From an uncultured Candidatus Saccharibacteria bacterium (GTDB lineage Bacteria; Patescibacteriota; Minisyncoccia; Phycocordibacterales; UBA5272), in the NCBI GenBank assembly GCA_964452605.1, contig CAYVMF010000001.1, positions 1-32,843 on the forward strand: a DNA stretch of 32,843 nt, given 5' to 3'. Position 1 is the stretch's first letter. The number at the start of each line of letters is the position of its first letter. The position numbers and the translations under genes are program-made. Shown here in pieces: positions 16,710-24,401 of this stretch. Under the pieces are notes generated by a model, which saw only the letters and a list, made by a program, of their open reading frames with translations, had not been told where the DNA came from and searched no databases.

Positions 16710-17591
16710 TTACAAACCCTTTTCCGCCTCAATAAACGCATCAAGTTCTCCGCGTTCAAGTACCGCTTCTACATTACTAGTCTCCATGTCTGTTCGGTGG
16801 TCTTTTACCATTTTGTATGGATGAAGGACGTATGAACGTATTTGATTCCCCCACTCAATCTCAGTTGTTTTACTGATCTGTCGTCCTTCGATTTCTGCTT
16901 TTCGTTTTTCTTCTTCGAGTTTAAAAAGTTTTCCTTGGAGAATTTCAAGCGCTTTCTGTTTATTTCGCTCCTGCTCTCGTTCAGTTGCTACATGTACAGC
17001 AATATTTGTCGGCAAGTGCACAATACGCACTGCGGTCTCGCGTTTGTTTACATTTTGACCACCTGGACCGGACGACTTTGATGTTTCGATGCGGATTTCG
17101 TCAGGTGAAATCGCTTTATGCTCAACGGCAGGAACTACAGGTAATACCTCAACCATTGCAAATGATGTATGGCGTTTTGCTTGTGCGTTAAATGGAGAGA
17201 TACGCACCAGTCGATGTACACCTGATTCGTTCTTTAGTGCCCCATACACATGCTTACCGGTTATCTCAAGTGTAAGGTTACGAAAACCACCGTGGTCATT
17301 TCTGTTATCGTGAAGCACTGAATATGCAAAGCCTTGTCGTTTACAGTATGCGTCGTACATTTCGTAGAGCATGTGAGCGAAGTCTTCACTGTCATCTCCT
17401 CCTGCACCTGCGAGAATAGTAAGGATTGCGTTACCTTTATCAAGCGCTCCAACTCCATCACGCTTGTCTTTCAGTTCTTTAATCTGCTTAATTACTTCCT
17501 GAGCTTTTTCTTTGTCGTTCCAAAAATCTACCTCGTTCATACGAGCTTCGAGCTCTGCTATTTCTAGGTCTATATCTGAGGTGTTGTCCAT
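16710..17591 (-). CDS. prfB: Peptide chain release factor 2 with a reduced domain 1; single uninterrupted ORF
   Basis: SPF tripeptide (RISPFNAQ), GGQ (SGPGGQNVN) and an E. coli-like C-terminus (WGNQIRSYVLHPY). Only 293 aa. TGcTATACT lies 6 nt upstream of the ATG, and the start is only 23 nt from the rarA stop. Confidence 0.9.
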   Translation of the reverse strand: MDNTSDIDLEIAELEARMNEVDFWNDKEKAQEVIKQIKELKDKRDGVGALDKGNAILTILAGAGGDDSEDFAHMLYEMYDAYCKRQGFAYSVLHDNRNDHGGFRNLTLEITGKHVYGALKNESGVHRLVRISPFNAQAKRHTSFAMVEVLPVVPAVEHKAISPDEIRIETSKSSGPGGQNVNKRETAVRIVHLPTNIAVHVATEREQERNKQKALEILQGKLFKLEEEKRKAEIEGRQISKTTEIEWGNQIRSYVLHPYKMVKDHRTDMETSNVEAVLERGELDAFIEAEKGL

Positions 17592-17614
17592 TGATGTAGT
17601 ATAGCAAAATAGAT

Positions 17615-18742
17615 CTAGAGGTATTTTTTACCACGTAGCTTTTCTGGTAGAAGGTCTTCTTTGGTATATATTTCATACCCATCTCCATACCCAGCATCTT
17701 TCATGAGCTTTGTTGGTGCATTACGTATCATCATGGGGATAGGTAGGTTGCCAAGTGTTTGAGCCTCGTGGAGCGCCGCTTTGTATGCGTCATATACTAC
17801 TCGCTCTTTTGACGCCTGAGAAAGATAGATAACCCCGTGAGCGAGATTGATTCCACACTCAGGTAAGCCGATAGTCTCAACAGCCCTAAACACTTCATTT
17901 GACACCACAAGCGCTTGTGGGTCCTGCATACCAATGTCTTCGGATGCAAATATAACCATGCGACGTGCGATAAACTTTGGATCCTCTCCTGCTTCTATCA
18001 TGCGCGCCAGATAATAGAGTGCAGCATTTGGCTGAGAGGCTCGCATACTTTTGATAAACGCACTGATTGTATTGTGATGCTCTTCGCCCTTCTTGTCGTA
18101 ACGCAGATGTTTAGACTGTATCGTGTTTTTTAGATTTTCTACTGTTATCTCATCATAGAGTTCTTTTGTGTGCGAAATAACCCCAAGTGCTTGGCGAGCG
18201 TCTCCCGAGGCAAGCGCGATAATCCAATTCATCGCGTCATCTGGAATACCGTACCCAGTCCGAGAAAGAATCTCTTTCATTTCATCAGGAGTGAGTTCAT
18301 TTAACACAAACACACGTGTACGAGACAAAAGCGCGGGAATCACTTCAAACGAAGGATTTTCTGTTGTAGCGCCAATTAAAATAAGTTTTCCTTTTTCAAC
18401 ATACGGAAGAAGAAAGTCTTGCTGGGCTTTATTAAAACGATGAATTTCATCAAGAAAAAGAACCTTCGGGCCAAAAAGATCACCTCCTTTCTCAACGATA
18501 TTTCGTATATCGTCTTTTCCAGCAGACACAGCGGAAAGTTCGTGATAGTCAGCGTTGATTGCTTGTGCGTAGATGCGAGCAAGCGTCGTCTTGCCAACCC
18601 CAGGAGGACCCCAAAGGATAAATGAAAAAATGTGTTTCTTTTCTATTGCAACACGAAGAGGCTTACCATTTCCTACAAGATGTGACTGTCCAATGTATTC
18701 ATCAAGTGTCTTTGGGCGAAGAATGTGAGCAAGAGGTTCCAT
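17615..18742 (-). CDS. rarA: Replication-associated recombination protein A (RarA/MgsA, AAA+)
   Basis: Walker A GPPGVGKTT, Walker B LFLDEIHR, and the MgsA C-terminal motifs (ALYYLARM, FASEDIG). I chose the ATG at 18742 (MEPLAHILRPKTLDEY) because TGtTATACT lies 6 nt upstream of it. The track start at 18760 would sit inside that promoter. Confidence 0.88.
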   Translation of the reverse strand: MEPLAHILRPKTLDEYIGQSHLVGNGKPLRVAIEKKHIFSFILWGPPGVGKTTLARIYAQAINADYHELSAVSAGKDDIRNIVEKGGDLFGPKVLFLDEIHRFNKAQQDFLLPYVEKGKLILIGATTENPSFEVIPALLSRTRVFVLNELTPDEMKEILSRTGYGIPDDAMNWIIALASGDARQALGVISHTKELYDEITVENLKNTIQSKHLRYDKKGEEHHNTISAFIKSMRASQPNAALYYLARMIEAGEDPKFIARRMVIFASEDIGMQDPQALVVSNEVFRAVETIGLPECGINLAHGVIYLSQASKERVVYDAYKAALHEAQTLGNLPIPMMIRNAPTKLMKDAGYGDGYEIYTKEDLLPEKLRGKKYL

Positions 18743-18760
18743 ATAATAAGTATACACCAT

Positions 18761-18786
18761 ACATGTAGAACGAATGTTCTACATGT
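18761..18786. promoter_or_regulatory. Perfect 11-bp-arm palindrome abutting the rarA -10 box
   Basis: ACATGTAGAAC-GAAT-GTTCTACATGT lies between the capA-family stop (18793) and the rarA -10. No T-run follows, so it is not an obvious terminator. Confidence 0.4.
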
Positions 18787-18792
18787 CAACAA

Positions 18793-19809
18793 TTACTTAT
18801 GATACACGTCTATATAACCCTTTTTAATAGACTCAACAAGAGAGACATCTGACTGCTTTGCAATAGCAACCAATATACGCTCGCGTGTGCTTTCTGTTGC
18901 AACTACTGGTACAGACCTTGATGAGCGAATAGGTATAAGCTCATATCGAACAGTATCTTCTAGGTCAGACACACGGACCATGTACCCGTCTTCTAGGTCG
19001 TCTCGCCAATACTGATCAAAAATAAAATTACCGAGTGAGTAAAATATCGGAGAACCTTCATATACCTCCACCCCCTGTACGACATGTGGATGTGCACCGA
19101 TAATTGCATCTACCCCTCTTTCTATAAGCTCATGTGCAAATGCTCTTTGATGTCTGTTCTGAGTAACATACTCGTCTCCCCAATGAATATATGCCATAAG
19201 GTACGCGTCAGGATGCTCGCTGCGCAATTTTTCTGTTACTTCATACGCCTGAGATTCGTCCCACCCGGTTGCAATCATCGTAATTCCATAGATAAGCACT
19301 TTCTTGTCTCCTAGTTTTGTTTCAAAGTAATCGTCTGTGGTTGGCGCATAACCACCAAAATGAGAAATACCCCCAGCACTGAGCGCGACTTTCGTCTCTT
19401 CGTATCCTGACCTCCCCTTATCAAACATATGGTTATTAGCAAGCGACACGGCTGTGATACCACCTTCTTGTAAAATGCGTGGAGTTGATGATGGAAATGA
19501 AAAACTAAATCCATTAATTGGAGTAGGTTTGTGCACATCTGGTATTGGACCTTCAAGATTTCCAATAGTTGTGTGCTGTTTCAAAAAGTCTCTAGTCTGC
19601 GTGAAAGGATATAACTCGTCCTTTGCTTTTACTGACAGAGTTTCTACATAACGGCCGAGCATTATGTCCCCTACAAATAGAGGTGGCTTAGTCGGAGCAA
19701 CTACTTCTGGTTGTTGTACGGTGACTACAAACCCTTTATGTAGCACTTCATACGACAGAATGGTAACCGCCATAACAATGAGAAGCACGATAGTTATTTT
19801 CTTCGTCAT
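18793..19809 (-). CDS. CapA/PgsA-family (PGA_cap) metallophosphoesterase-like membrane-anchored protein
   Basis: 338-aa ORF with an N-terminal TM. Motifs GDIMLGR, NLEGP, SLANNH, HWGDEY, GAHPHV and SLGNFIFDQ are typical of the CapA family. Confidence 0.8.
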   Translation of the reverse strand: MTKKITIVLLIVMAVTILSYEVLHKGFVVTVQQPEVVAPTKPPLFVGDIMLGRYVETLSVKAKDELYPFTQTRDFLKQHTTIGNLEGPIPDVHKPTPINGFSFSFPSSTPRILQEGGITAVSLANNHMFDKGRSGYEETKVALSAGGISHFGGYAPTTDDYFETKLGDKKVLIYGITMIATGWDESQAYEVTEKLRSEHPDAYLMAYIHWGDEYVTQNRHQRAFAHELIERGVDAIIGAHPHVVQGVEVYEGSPIFYSLGNFIFDQYWRDDLEDGYMVRVSDLEDTVRYELIPIRSSRSVPVVATESTRERILVAIAKQSDVSLVESIKKGYIDVYHK

Positions 19810-19897
19810 GCTAGTGAGTATACCAATTTCATTACCCTGGAACTAAATTGATATCTTCACTCAAATTAGCTAGAATAGAGCGACTGTTTTTACATTA

Positions 19898-19970
19898 GCC
19901 AAGATAGCTCAGTTGGTAGAGCACTTCCATGGTAAGGAAGAGGTCGCGGGTTCGATTCCCGCTCTTGGCT
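19898..19970 (+). tRNA. tRNA-Thr (anticodon GGU)
   Basis: Folded by hand. Acceptor GCCAAGA/TCTTGGC. D-arm GCTC-AGTTGGTA-GAGC. Anticodon arm CTTCC-ATGGTAA-GGAAG. T-arm GCGGG-TTCGATT-CCCGC. Discriminator T. CCA is not encoded. Confidence 0.9.
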
Positions 19971-19976
19971 CACGAA

Positions 19977-20006
19977 ACAAAAAAGACCCGTACGGGTCTT
20001 TTTTGT
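19977..20006. terminator. Bidirectional intrinsic terminator (tRNA-Thr / 645-aa gene, convergent)
   Basis: ACAAAAAAGACCCG-TA-CGGGTCTTTTTTGT: 14-nt perfect arms. Confidence 0.85.
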
Positions 20007-20020
20007 TGTATTAGATTTAA

Positions 20021-21958
20021 CTATCTAGTAACACACGCTCCCCAAAGTCCTGGGTTTGCGTTATCACATCCACCACCTACCGTACATGTGGCAACCTGAG
20101 AACCATATGTACTTGCGATACTAGCATTACACGCAGCTTCACCCATACCGTTTACGAAATTACGCGTAACAGGATTCGTTACTGTAAGCTGAGTAACCCC
20201 TGACCACACACTACACCCAACAACGTTACATGCTTGTACAGAAATAAGGTGCACACCCGCTGTTAAACCAAGAGAGGCTGGTGTGCCAGTCCATGTCGTA
20301 TTCGTCCCTTGAGGTAGTTCTGTACTATTAAGTCTAATTGTGTATCTTGTTGGTCCGTTATTTCCTGACCATGAAGCAGAGAAGTTTTCTGATGTAGACA
20401 CAGTCGTTTGACTAAGTGTTAACTGTGCAGTTGTTGGCGGTGTCTGACTTACAGTTGGAGTCTGAGTAGACTGACTTGTAGACTGAGCACTTGAATCAAC
20501 ACAAGCTCCCCAACTATATGGATTCGCAGAGGCACAGCTAGCCCCTGGTCGACCGCACGCCACTCCACAACCTCCACCCATACTACAAGTCGCGACTTGA
20601 GAACCGAAACGGCTCACAATATCTGCGTTACAAGCAGCTTGTCCGGCACCGTTTACGAAGTTGAAAAGAGAAGTTGATTGTGTACCATCGGTAACACTAA
20701 TAGTTTTTTCTGCAGAACCTGTTCCTGCACCATTAGTACACTCGACTCTATATACAGTAGTGATTGTTGGAGCAACCACTCGTCCATCTGTCCCAAGCAC
20801 AACCTCACTACCGCCTGTGCGGAGATTACGTGCAATACAGCTTGTAGGACTGTTTGTAGTAGACCAGGTAATTGTCGTTGACTGTCCGGATGAAATGATC
20901 ATCGGACTTGCTGTGATAGAAATTACCGGAAGTGATACAGTAGCAGTACTTACTGTAATTGTTTTGTCTGCAAAACCAGTCCCTGATGCGTTTGAACATT
21001 CAATTCTGTATGTAGTCGTCTGAGTTGGAGCAACCACTCGTCCGTCTGTTCCAAGCACCGTCTCACTTCCGCCTGTGCGGAGATTACGCGCAATACAACT
21101 TGTAGGAGTGTTTGTACTAGACCAGGTAATCGTAACTGATTGACCACTAGTAGTAACTTCGCGATCTGCGATGACGGTAAGTACCGGTGCACTACCTGTG
21201 GTTGTAGTAGATGTTCTGTTTACAGGGAAAGTACCAGTTTCAGCAATAACTTGTCCGCTGCTGTTGAGAATACGAATACGATATGTACCATTTGCTATGT
21301 CGTTCCCAAGCGTAATAGTAAACGTATTTGACCCAGCAGAGAGTGCTGCAGTTTGAGACATTTGCTGACTCGTACCCACGTTAAAGATTGTGAGAGTTGT
21401 ACCAGAAGGAATATTTGAATACTGTCCACTTAGACTGTTCGAAGAAAGATTCGTAATGTATACCGAACCCGTGCTAGATGTACCTCCAGTTGTCGGACAT
21501 ACGAACTGACAATTCGGTCCTGTACGCCCAACAGATGTTCCGTTAGGACAAATCATCGCATCCTGAGTACACATAACTCCAGAACCACCACCTGATACAC
21601 CGCCAGCACATACACGTGCAATAGCAGCGCGTGTCATAGAACCTGCGATACCAAATGTAGGAAGGGATTGATCTCTCTGGAAATCAATAACTGCCTGAAC
21701 AGTCATCCCAGCATAACGCCCAGTCGGCTGCTCGATATCAAGATAGCTACGCTCAATGAGGAAACGCTGTAGCTGAGATACCTGTCCGCTCGTAGACGCG
21801 TCAGTTGATCCACGCTGCATGGTAATAGAGAGCGATGGACAGTAGCCCGCTCGTGCTACTGATGTTCCTGTTCCGTAGTCGTCTGCAAGTTGTGCAGAAG
21901 CGTACACCACTGAAGCTAGTATAAGTCCAACTGAAATAATTCCTTTTAATTTGTTCAT
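20021..21958 (-). CDS. Secreted multidomain cell-surface protein: PG-binding domain, Ig-like repeats and two copies of a Cys-rich module
   Basis: 645-aa ORF with a signal peptide. PG_binding_1-like segment LQRFLIERSYL...AVIDFQRDQSLPTFGIAG. Two 86-aa tandem repeats. Two copies of the Cys-rich module FVNG.G.AACNA.I.S..GSQVATC..GGGC...NP..WGACV. Confidence 0.75.
   Translation of the reverse strand: MNKLKGIISVGLILASVVYASAQLADDYGTGTSVARAGYCPSLSITMQRGSTDASTSGQVSQLQRFLIERSYLDIEQPTGRYAGMTVQAVIDFQRDQSLPTFGIAGSMTRAAIARVCAGGVSGGGSGVMCTQDAMICPNGTSVGRTGPNCQFVCPTTGGTSSTGSVYITNLSSNSLSGQYSNIPSGTTLTIFNVGTSQQMSQTAALSAGSNTFTITLGNDIANGTYRIRILNSSGQVIAETGTFPVNRTSTTTTGSAPVLTVIADREVTTSGQSVTITWSSTNTPTSCIARNLRTGGSETVLGTDGRVVAPTQTTTYRIECSNASGTGFADKTITVSTATVSLPVISITASPMIISSGQSTTITWSTTNSPTSCIARNLRTGGSEVVLGTDGRVVAPTITTVYRVECTNGAGTGSAEKTISVTDGTQSTSLFNFVNGAGQAACNADIVSRFGSQVATCSMGGGCGVACGRPGASCASANPYSWGACVDSSAQSTSQSTQTPTVSQTPPTTAQLTLSQTTVSTSENFSASWSGNNGPTRYTIRLNSTELPQGTNTTWTGTPASLGLTAGVHLISVQACNVVGCSVWSGVTQLTVTNPVTRNFVNGMGEAACNASIASTYGSQVATCTVGGGCDNANPGLWGACVTR
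20690..21190 (-). repeat. Tandem 258-nt (86-aa) intragenic repeat, 2 copies
   Basis: ccgcctgtgcggagattacg occurs at both 20811 and 21069, an offset of exactly 258 nt. By eye the core is about 90% identical at the nucleotide level. The protein copies share TITWS.TN.PTSCIARNLRTGGSE.VLGTDGRVVAPT. Confidence 0.85.
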
Positions 21959-22063
21959 AATGATAAGTAAGTACTAGTATCCCTGTATACGGATATACCT
22001 TATATGGTACCACGCAGAAAACGCTTATTTTCTAAAACAAGCTGGTAATCCCCATAAAAACAC

Positions 22064-22747
22064 TTACTTAGCTATCTTTTTCCCAATTATGTTTTCTTTT
22101 TTTGCTCGATATTCTTCAATCAACTTGTGATTTCCAGATAAAAGTACTTTAGGAACACGATACTTCTTTCCTTTGTATTCATACACTTCAGGTCGAGCAT
22201 ATATCTCATGAGATGCCATACGCTTCTCTTCAAGCGACAACTCGTCATTTAAAACACCTTTGATCTGTCTTGAAATAGCATCTATACACACCATCGCAGG
22301 AAGTTCTCCACCTGTAAGAACATAGTTCCCAATACTCCATTCTTTTGCTTTAAGGATTTTCCTTACACGTTCATCAATCCCCTCGTAACGGCCACAAATG
22401 AAAATAACATCTGTATACTTCTTTGCAACGTTCTGCGCAAGTGTGTTTGTAAATAGTTCGCCTCCAGCATTAAAAATAACCACAAGCGTTTTAGTATTCT
22501 TTCTCTTGTCGATTTTCTTCTGTACCTTCTCGACACACTTAATGAGTGGATCAACCCACATCACCATGCCAGGACCTCCGCCATATGGGCGACCATCAAC
22601 GCGACGATGTTTATCGGTTGTGTAGTCTCGAAGTGCGTAGGTATTAATTTCTATTAACTTTCCTTCAATTGCACGCGAAATAATAGACTCAGCAAAATAT
22701 GAGTCAAACATCCCCGGGAAAATAGTTACGATATGGTAACGAATCAT
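22064..22747 (-). CDS. trmD: tRNA (guanine37-N1)-methyltransferase TrmD
   Basis: 227-aa ORF. The pattern IVTIFP.MF...........I......L.I....LRDYT.DKHR.VDG.PYGGG.GMV, then GRYEGIDER and SIGNYVLTGGELPA. Confidence 0.9.
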   Translation of the reverse strand: MIRYHIVTIFPGMFDSYFAESIISRAIEGKLIEINTYALRDYTTDKHRRVDGRPYGGGPGMVMWVDPLIKCVEKVQKKIDKRKNTKTLVVIFNAGGELFTNTLAQNVAKKYTDVIFICGRYEGIDERVRKILKAKEWSIGNYVLTGGELPAMVCIDAISRQIKGVLNDELSLEEKRMASHEIYARPEVYEYKGKKYRVPKVLLSGNHKLIEEYRAKKENIIGKKIAK

Positions 22748-22777
22748 GATACTTGACAGTATATCAAATATAATGTC

Positions 22778-22811
22778 AAAAGAAAAGCCGCTCCAGAGCG
22801 GCTTTTCTTTT
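22778..22811. terminator. Intrinsic terminator/attenuator between the KH gene and trmD
   Basis: AAAAGAAAAGCCGCT-CCAG-AGCGGCTTTTCTTTT: 15-nt perfect arms. Confidence 0.8.
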
Positions 22812-22823
22812 TAGACTATTTTA

Positions 22824-23141
22824 TTACAGAGACTTCAAGTCATTCATGACGGCATCTACATCTGTAGTGTCGTAAGTAGCTGGAGTATATCCTTCTCGGC
22901 CCGCTGGTTCGTTTATTTTCAAATTAACACGTGCGTTATTTTTCATTCCAACTACACGCAAAAGCGTACGGAGTGCTTTTGCTGTCGCCCCGTCGCGACC
23001 AATGATTTTACCCATATCTTCCCCTGCAACATCAAGAGTGATCAATACGCCCATTTCGTCTACTCGTCGTTCAACTTTTACTTGATCCGGATTATCTACT
23101 AATGCTTTAACAACATATTCAACAAATTCTTGGTCTTTCAT
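22824..23141 (-). CDS. KH-domain RNA-binding protein (KhpA/YlqC-like) with a C-terminal extension
   Basis: I prefer the ATG at 23141 (MKDQEFVEYVVKALVDNPDQVKVE...). GKIIGRDGATAKALRTLL is the KH GxxG motif. It holds the conserved position between rpsP and trmD. Confidence 0.8.
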   Translation of the reverse strand: MKDQEFVEYVVKALVDNPDQVKVERRVDEMGVLITLDVAGEDMGKIIGRDGATAKALRTLLRVVGMKNNARVNLKINEPAGREGYTPATYDTTDVDAVMNDLKSL

Positions 23142-23259
23142 ATTCTTTATGTATATCTTTATCGTAACAGTGATTTCGGTAATTTCTGGAAACTTATACA
23201 CAATCTAACACATGTATTGCCAAAAAGTAATACATCAACTAGAGCCCTTAACCACCCTT

Positions 23260-23303
23260 CACAAAACAAAAAAAGATGCTTTCGCATCTTTTTTTGTTTT
23301 GTG
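23260..23303. terminator. Weak-stem, long-arm palindrome between rpsP and the KH gene (attenuator/terminator)
   Basis: CACAAAACAAAAAAAGATGC-TTTC-GCATCTTTTTTTGTTTTGTG: 20-nt perfect arms, but only a 5-bp GC-containing core. Confidence 0.55.
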
Positions 23304-23312
23304 TAAATATAT

Positions 23313-23612
23313 TTACGCAGCTTTTTCTTCTTTCTTCTGTGGAGATTTCTTTGGAAGAACGTTTACTTTCTTTCCTTCGATAACACCCTTTGAAATAAGA
23401 AGGTTGTGTACTGTTGGTGTAATCTGAGCACCGACAGACATCCAGTGCTTCACGCGGTCAGCCTTAGCTTCGAAAATACCAGCCTTCACATTATATGTTC
23501 CAACGATCTCAGTGAACTGAGATGTCTTTGGCTTAAGTGTACTTTCGGTAACAATAAGACGGAAATGTGGGTCGTTCTTGCGTCCTGTACGTTGTAGTCT
23601 GATTTTTAACAT
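23313..23612 (-). CDS. rpsP: 30S ribosomal protein S16
   Basis: MLKIRLQRTGRKNDPHFRLIV... is the canonical bS16 N-terminus, here with a Lys-rich C-terminal tail. TGgTAGAAT (23620-23628) lies 7 nt upstream of the ATG. Confidence 0.92.
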   Translation of the reverse strand: MLKIRLQRTGRKNDPHFRLIVTESTLKPKTSQFTEIVGTYNVKAGIFEAKADRVKHWMSVGAQITPTVHNLLISKGVIEGKKVNVLPKKSPQKKEEKAA

Positions 23613-23644
23613 GTGCTGTATTCTACCATAAATCCTTTAAATAT

Positions 23645-23676
23645 GCAAAACAAAAGAGCCGACTACATGAGCCGGC
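23645..23676 (-). terminator. Intrinsic terminator of the GC-rich two-gene operon
   Basis: The minus strand reads GCCGGCT-CATGT-AGTCGGC followed by TCTTTTGTTTT. It ends about 20 nt before the rpsP -10 box. Confidence 0.7.
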
Positions 23677-23702
23677 CCTTTCTTTCCCCGTCCGGGAAAA
23701 AA

Positions 23703-24017
23703 TCACAGAACGGGAGAATGAAGCTGTTGGAGGATGAGGAACCCGCAAAGCAAGGTAAACCCCCACCCCCCTTGCCACAGCCTGGCAAACAGAGGACGCT
23801 TGCTGAACAGTCCGCCCAGCCACCCGATAACGCAGCTGGCGATACCCAACATGCCACCCAGAATGAAGAGGGTGTTCAAGTCCAGAGACTTGAACCGACC
23901 TAGTCCAAAGACGGCTGCGACCACCGCGATGGCAAGGATGAGTCCGGCTGCGAGCTGCCACGAGGGCTCAAACTTGAACATTTCTGCCAAGTCGATTTTG
24001 ATGCACCTGGGCTTCAT
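23703..24017 (-). CDS. GC-rich orphan small membrane protein 2 (104 aa, about 3 TM)
   Basis: This is the internal ATG at 24017 of the 204-aa track ORF. It overlaps the upstream stop as ATGA (24014-24017). Sequence MKPRCIKIDLAEMFKFEPSWQLAAGLILAIAVVAAVFGL...LFILGGMLGIASCVIGWLGGLF...GWGFTLLCGFLIL. The first 100 codons of the track ORF are Arg/Gly-rich out-of-frame-looking sequence. Confidence 0.6.
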   Translation of the reverse strand: MKPRCIKIDLAEMFKFEPSWQLAAGLILAIAVVAAVFGLGRFKSLDLNTLFILGGMLGIASCVIGWLGGLFSKRPLFARLWQGGWGFTLLCGFLILQQLHSPVL

Positions 24018-24310
24018 GGCCGCACCGGCGGCGTCAGGTTGCCGGACATCAGGTCGGGGTTGACGGCGCACATCAACAGCACGAGCCCCATGATGCTGAG
24101 GATTGCCCCAAAAAACTCGCAGAACTCCGCGAAGTTCTTTTCCTGGGCCTCCTCGAAACACGAATAGCGAGTTGTGTCGTAGACACCTTCCCTCAGGAGT
24201 ATCAACTCCCACGTCATTTTGACCACAGTGGACATAGTGAAACCGCCACACAGGACGGAACCCACACCCACCACCACCGTCGTGGCGACGTCCGGCACAA
24301 TGAAATTCAT
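24014..24310 (-). CDS. GC-rich orphan small membrane protein 1 (98 aa, 2 TM)
   Basis: GGAGG lies 7 nt upstream of the ATG. TM helices VATTVVVGVGSVLCGGFTM and FGAILSIMGLVLLMCAV flank an acidic, Cys-containing loop (YSCFEEAQEKNFAEFCEFF). Confidence 0.65.
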   Translation of the reverse strand: MNFIVPDVATTVVVGVGSVLCGGFTMSTVVKMTWELILLREGVYDTTRYSCFEEAQEKNFAEFCEFFGAILSIMGLVLLMCAVNPDLMSGNLTPPVRP

Positions 24311-24329
24311 GACACACCTCCAGTAAAAT

Positions 24330-24345
24330 GAGGGGAAATCCCCTC
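24330..24345 (-). promoter_or_regulatory. Palindrome/hairpin in the 5' leader of the GC-rich operon
   Basis: GAGGGG-AAAT-CCCCTC lies between the predicted transcription start site (TSS, about 24365) and the SD. It could be an operator or an RNA hairpin. Confidence 0.4.
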
Positions 24346-24364
24346 GGTTGTTAAAGAAAACTCC

Positions 24365-24401
24365 AGCCTTTATTATAACACATAATAAAGGCTTTTGTCA
24401 A
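24365..24401 (-). promoter_or_regulatory. Consensus sigma70 promoter (TTGACA-18-TATAAT) overlapping the rnr terminator hairpin
   Basis: The minus strand has TTGACA at 24401-24396 and TATAAT at 24377-24372. The -10 and spacer lie inside a perfect 12-bp-arm hairpin, AGCCTTTATTAT-GTGTT-ATAATAAAGGCT (24365-24393), which sits directly after the rnr stop. Confidence 0.6.

Noticed and set aside
17488-17697. Possible upstream frame for a prfB programmed +1 frameshift
   Set aside because: The overlapping frame translates to non-RF2-like sequence. There is no CTTTGAC slippery site. The region upstream of 17591 is the 3' end of rarA.
18743-18760. Longer track starts for rarA (18760), the KH protein (23201), rnr (GTG at 26367) and uppP (29095)
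   Set aside because: In each case the extension would begin inside or upstream of the gene's own TGnTAnAnT box. The downstream ATG gives the canonical family N-terminus.
23613-24317. Track ORFs 23613-23903 (+), 23623-23961 (-), 23663-23857 (-), 23734-24063 (+), and the 204-aa reading of 23703-24317
   Set aside because: These are overlapping frames in the most GC-rich segment. The first 100 residues of the 204-aa ORF are Arg/Gly/His-rich nonsense-like sequence. The two-gene model (24014-24310 plus 23703-24017) gives TM proteins, a GGAGG SD and an ATGA overlap.
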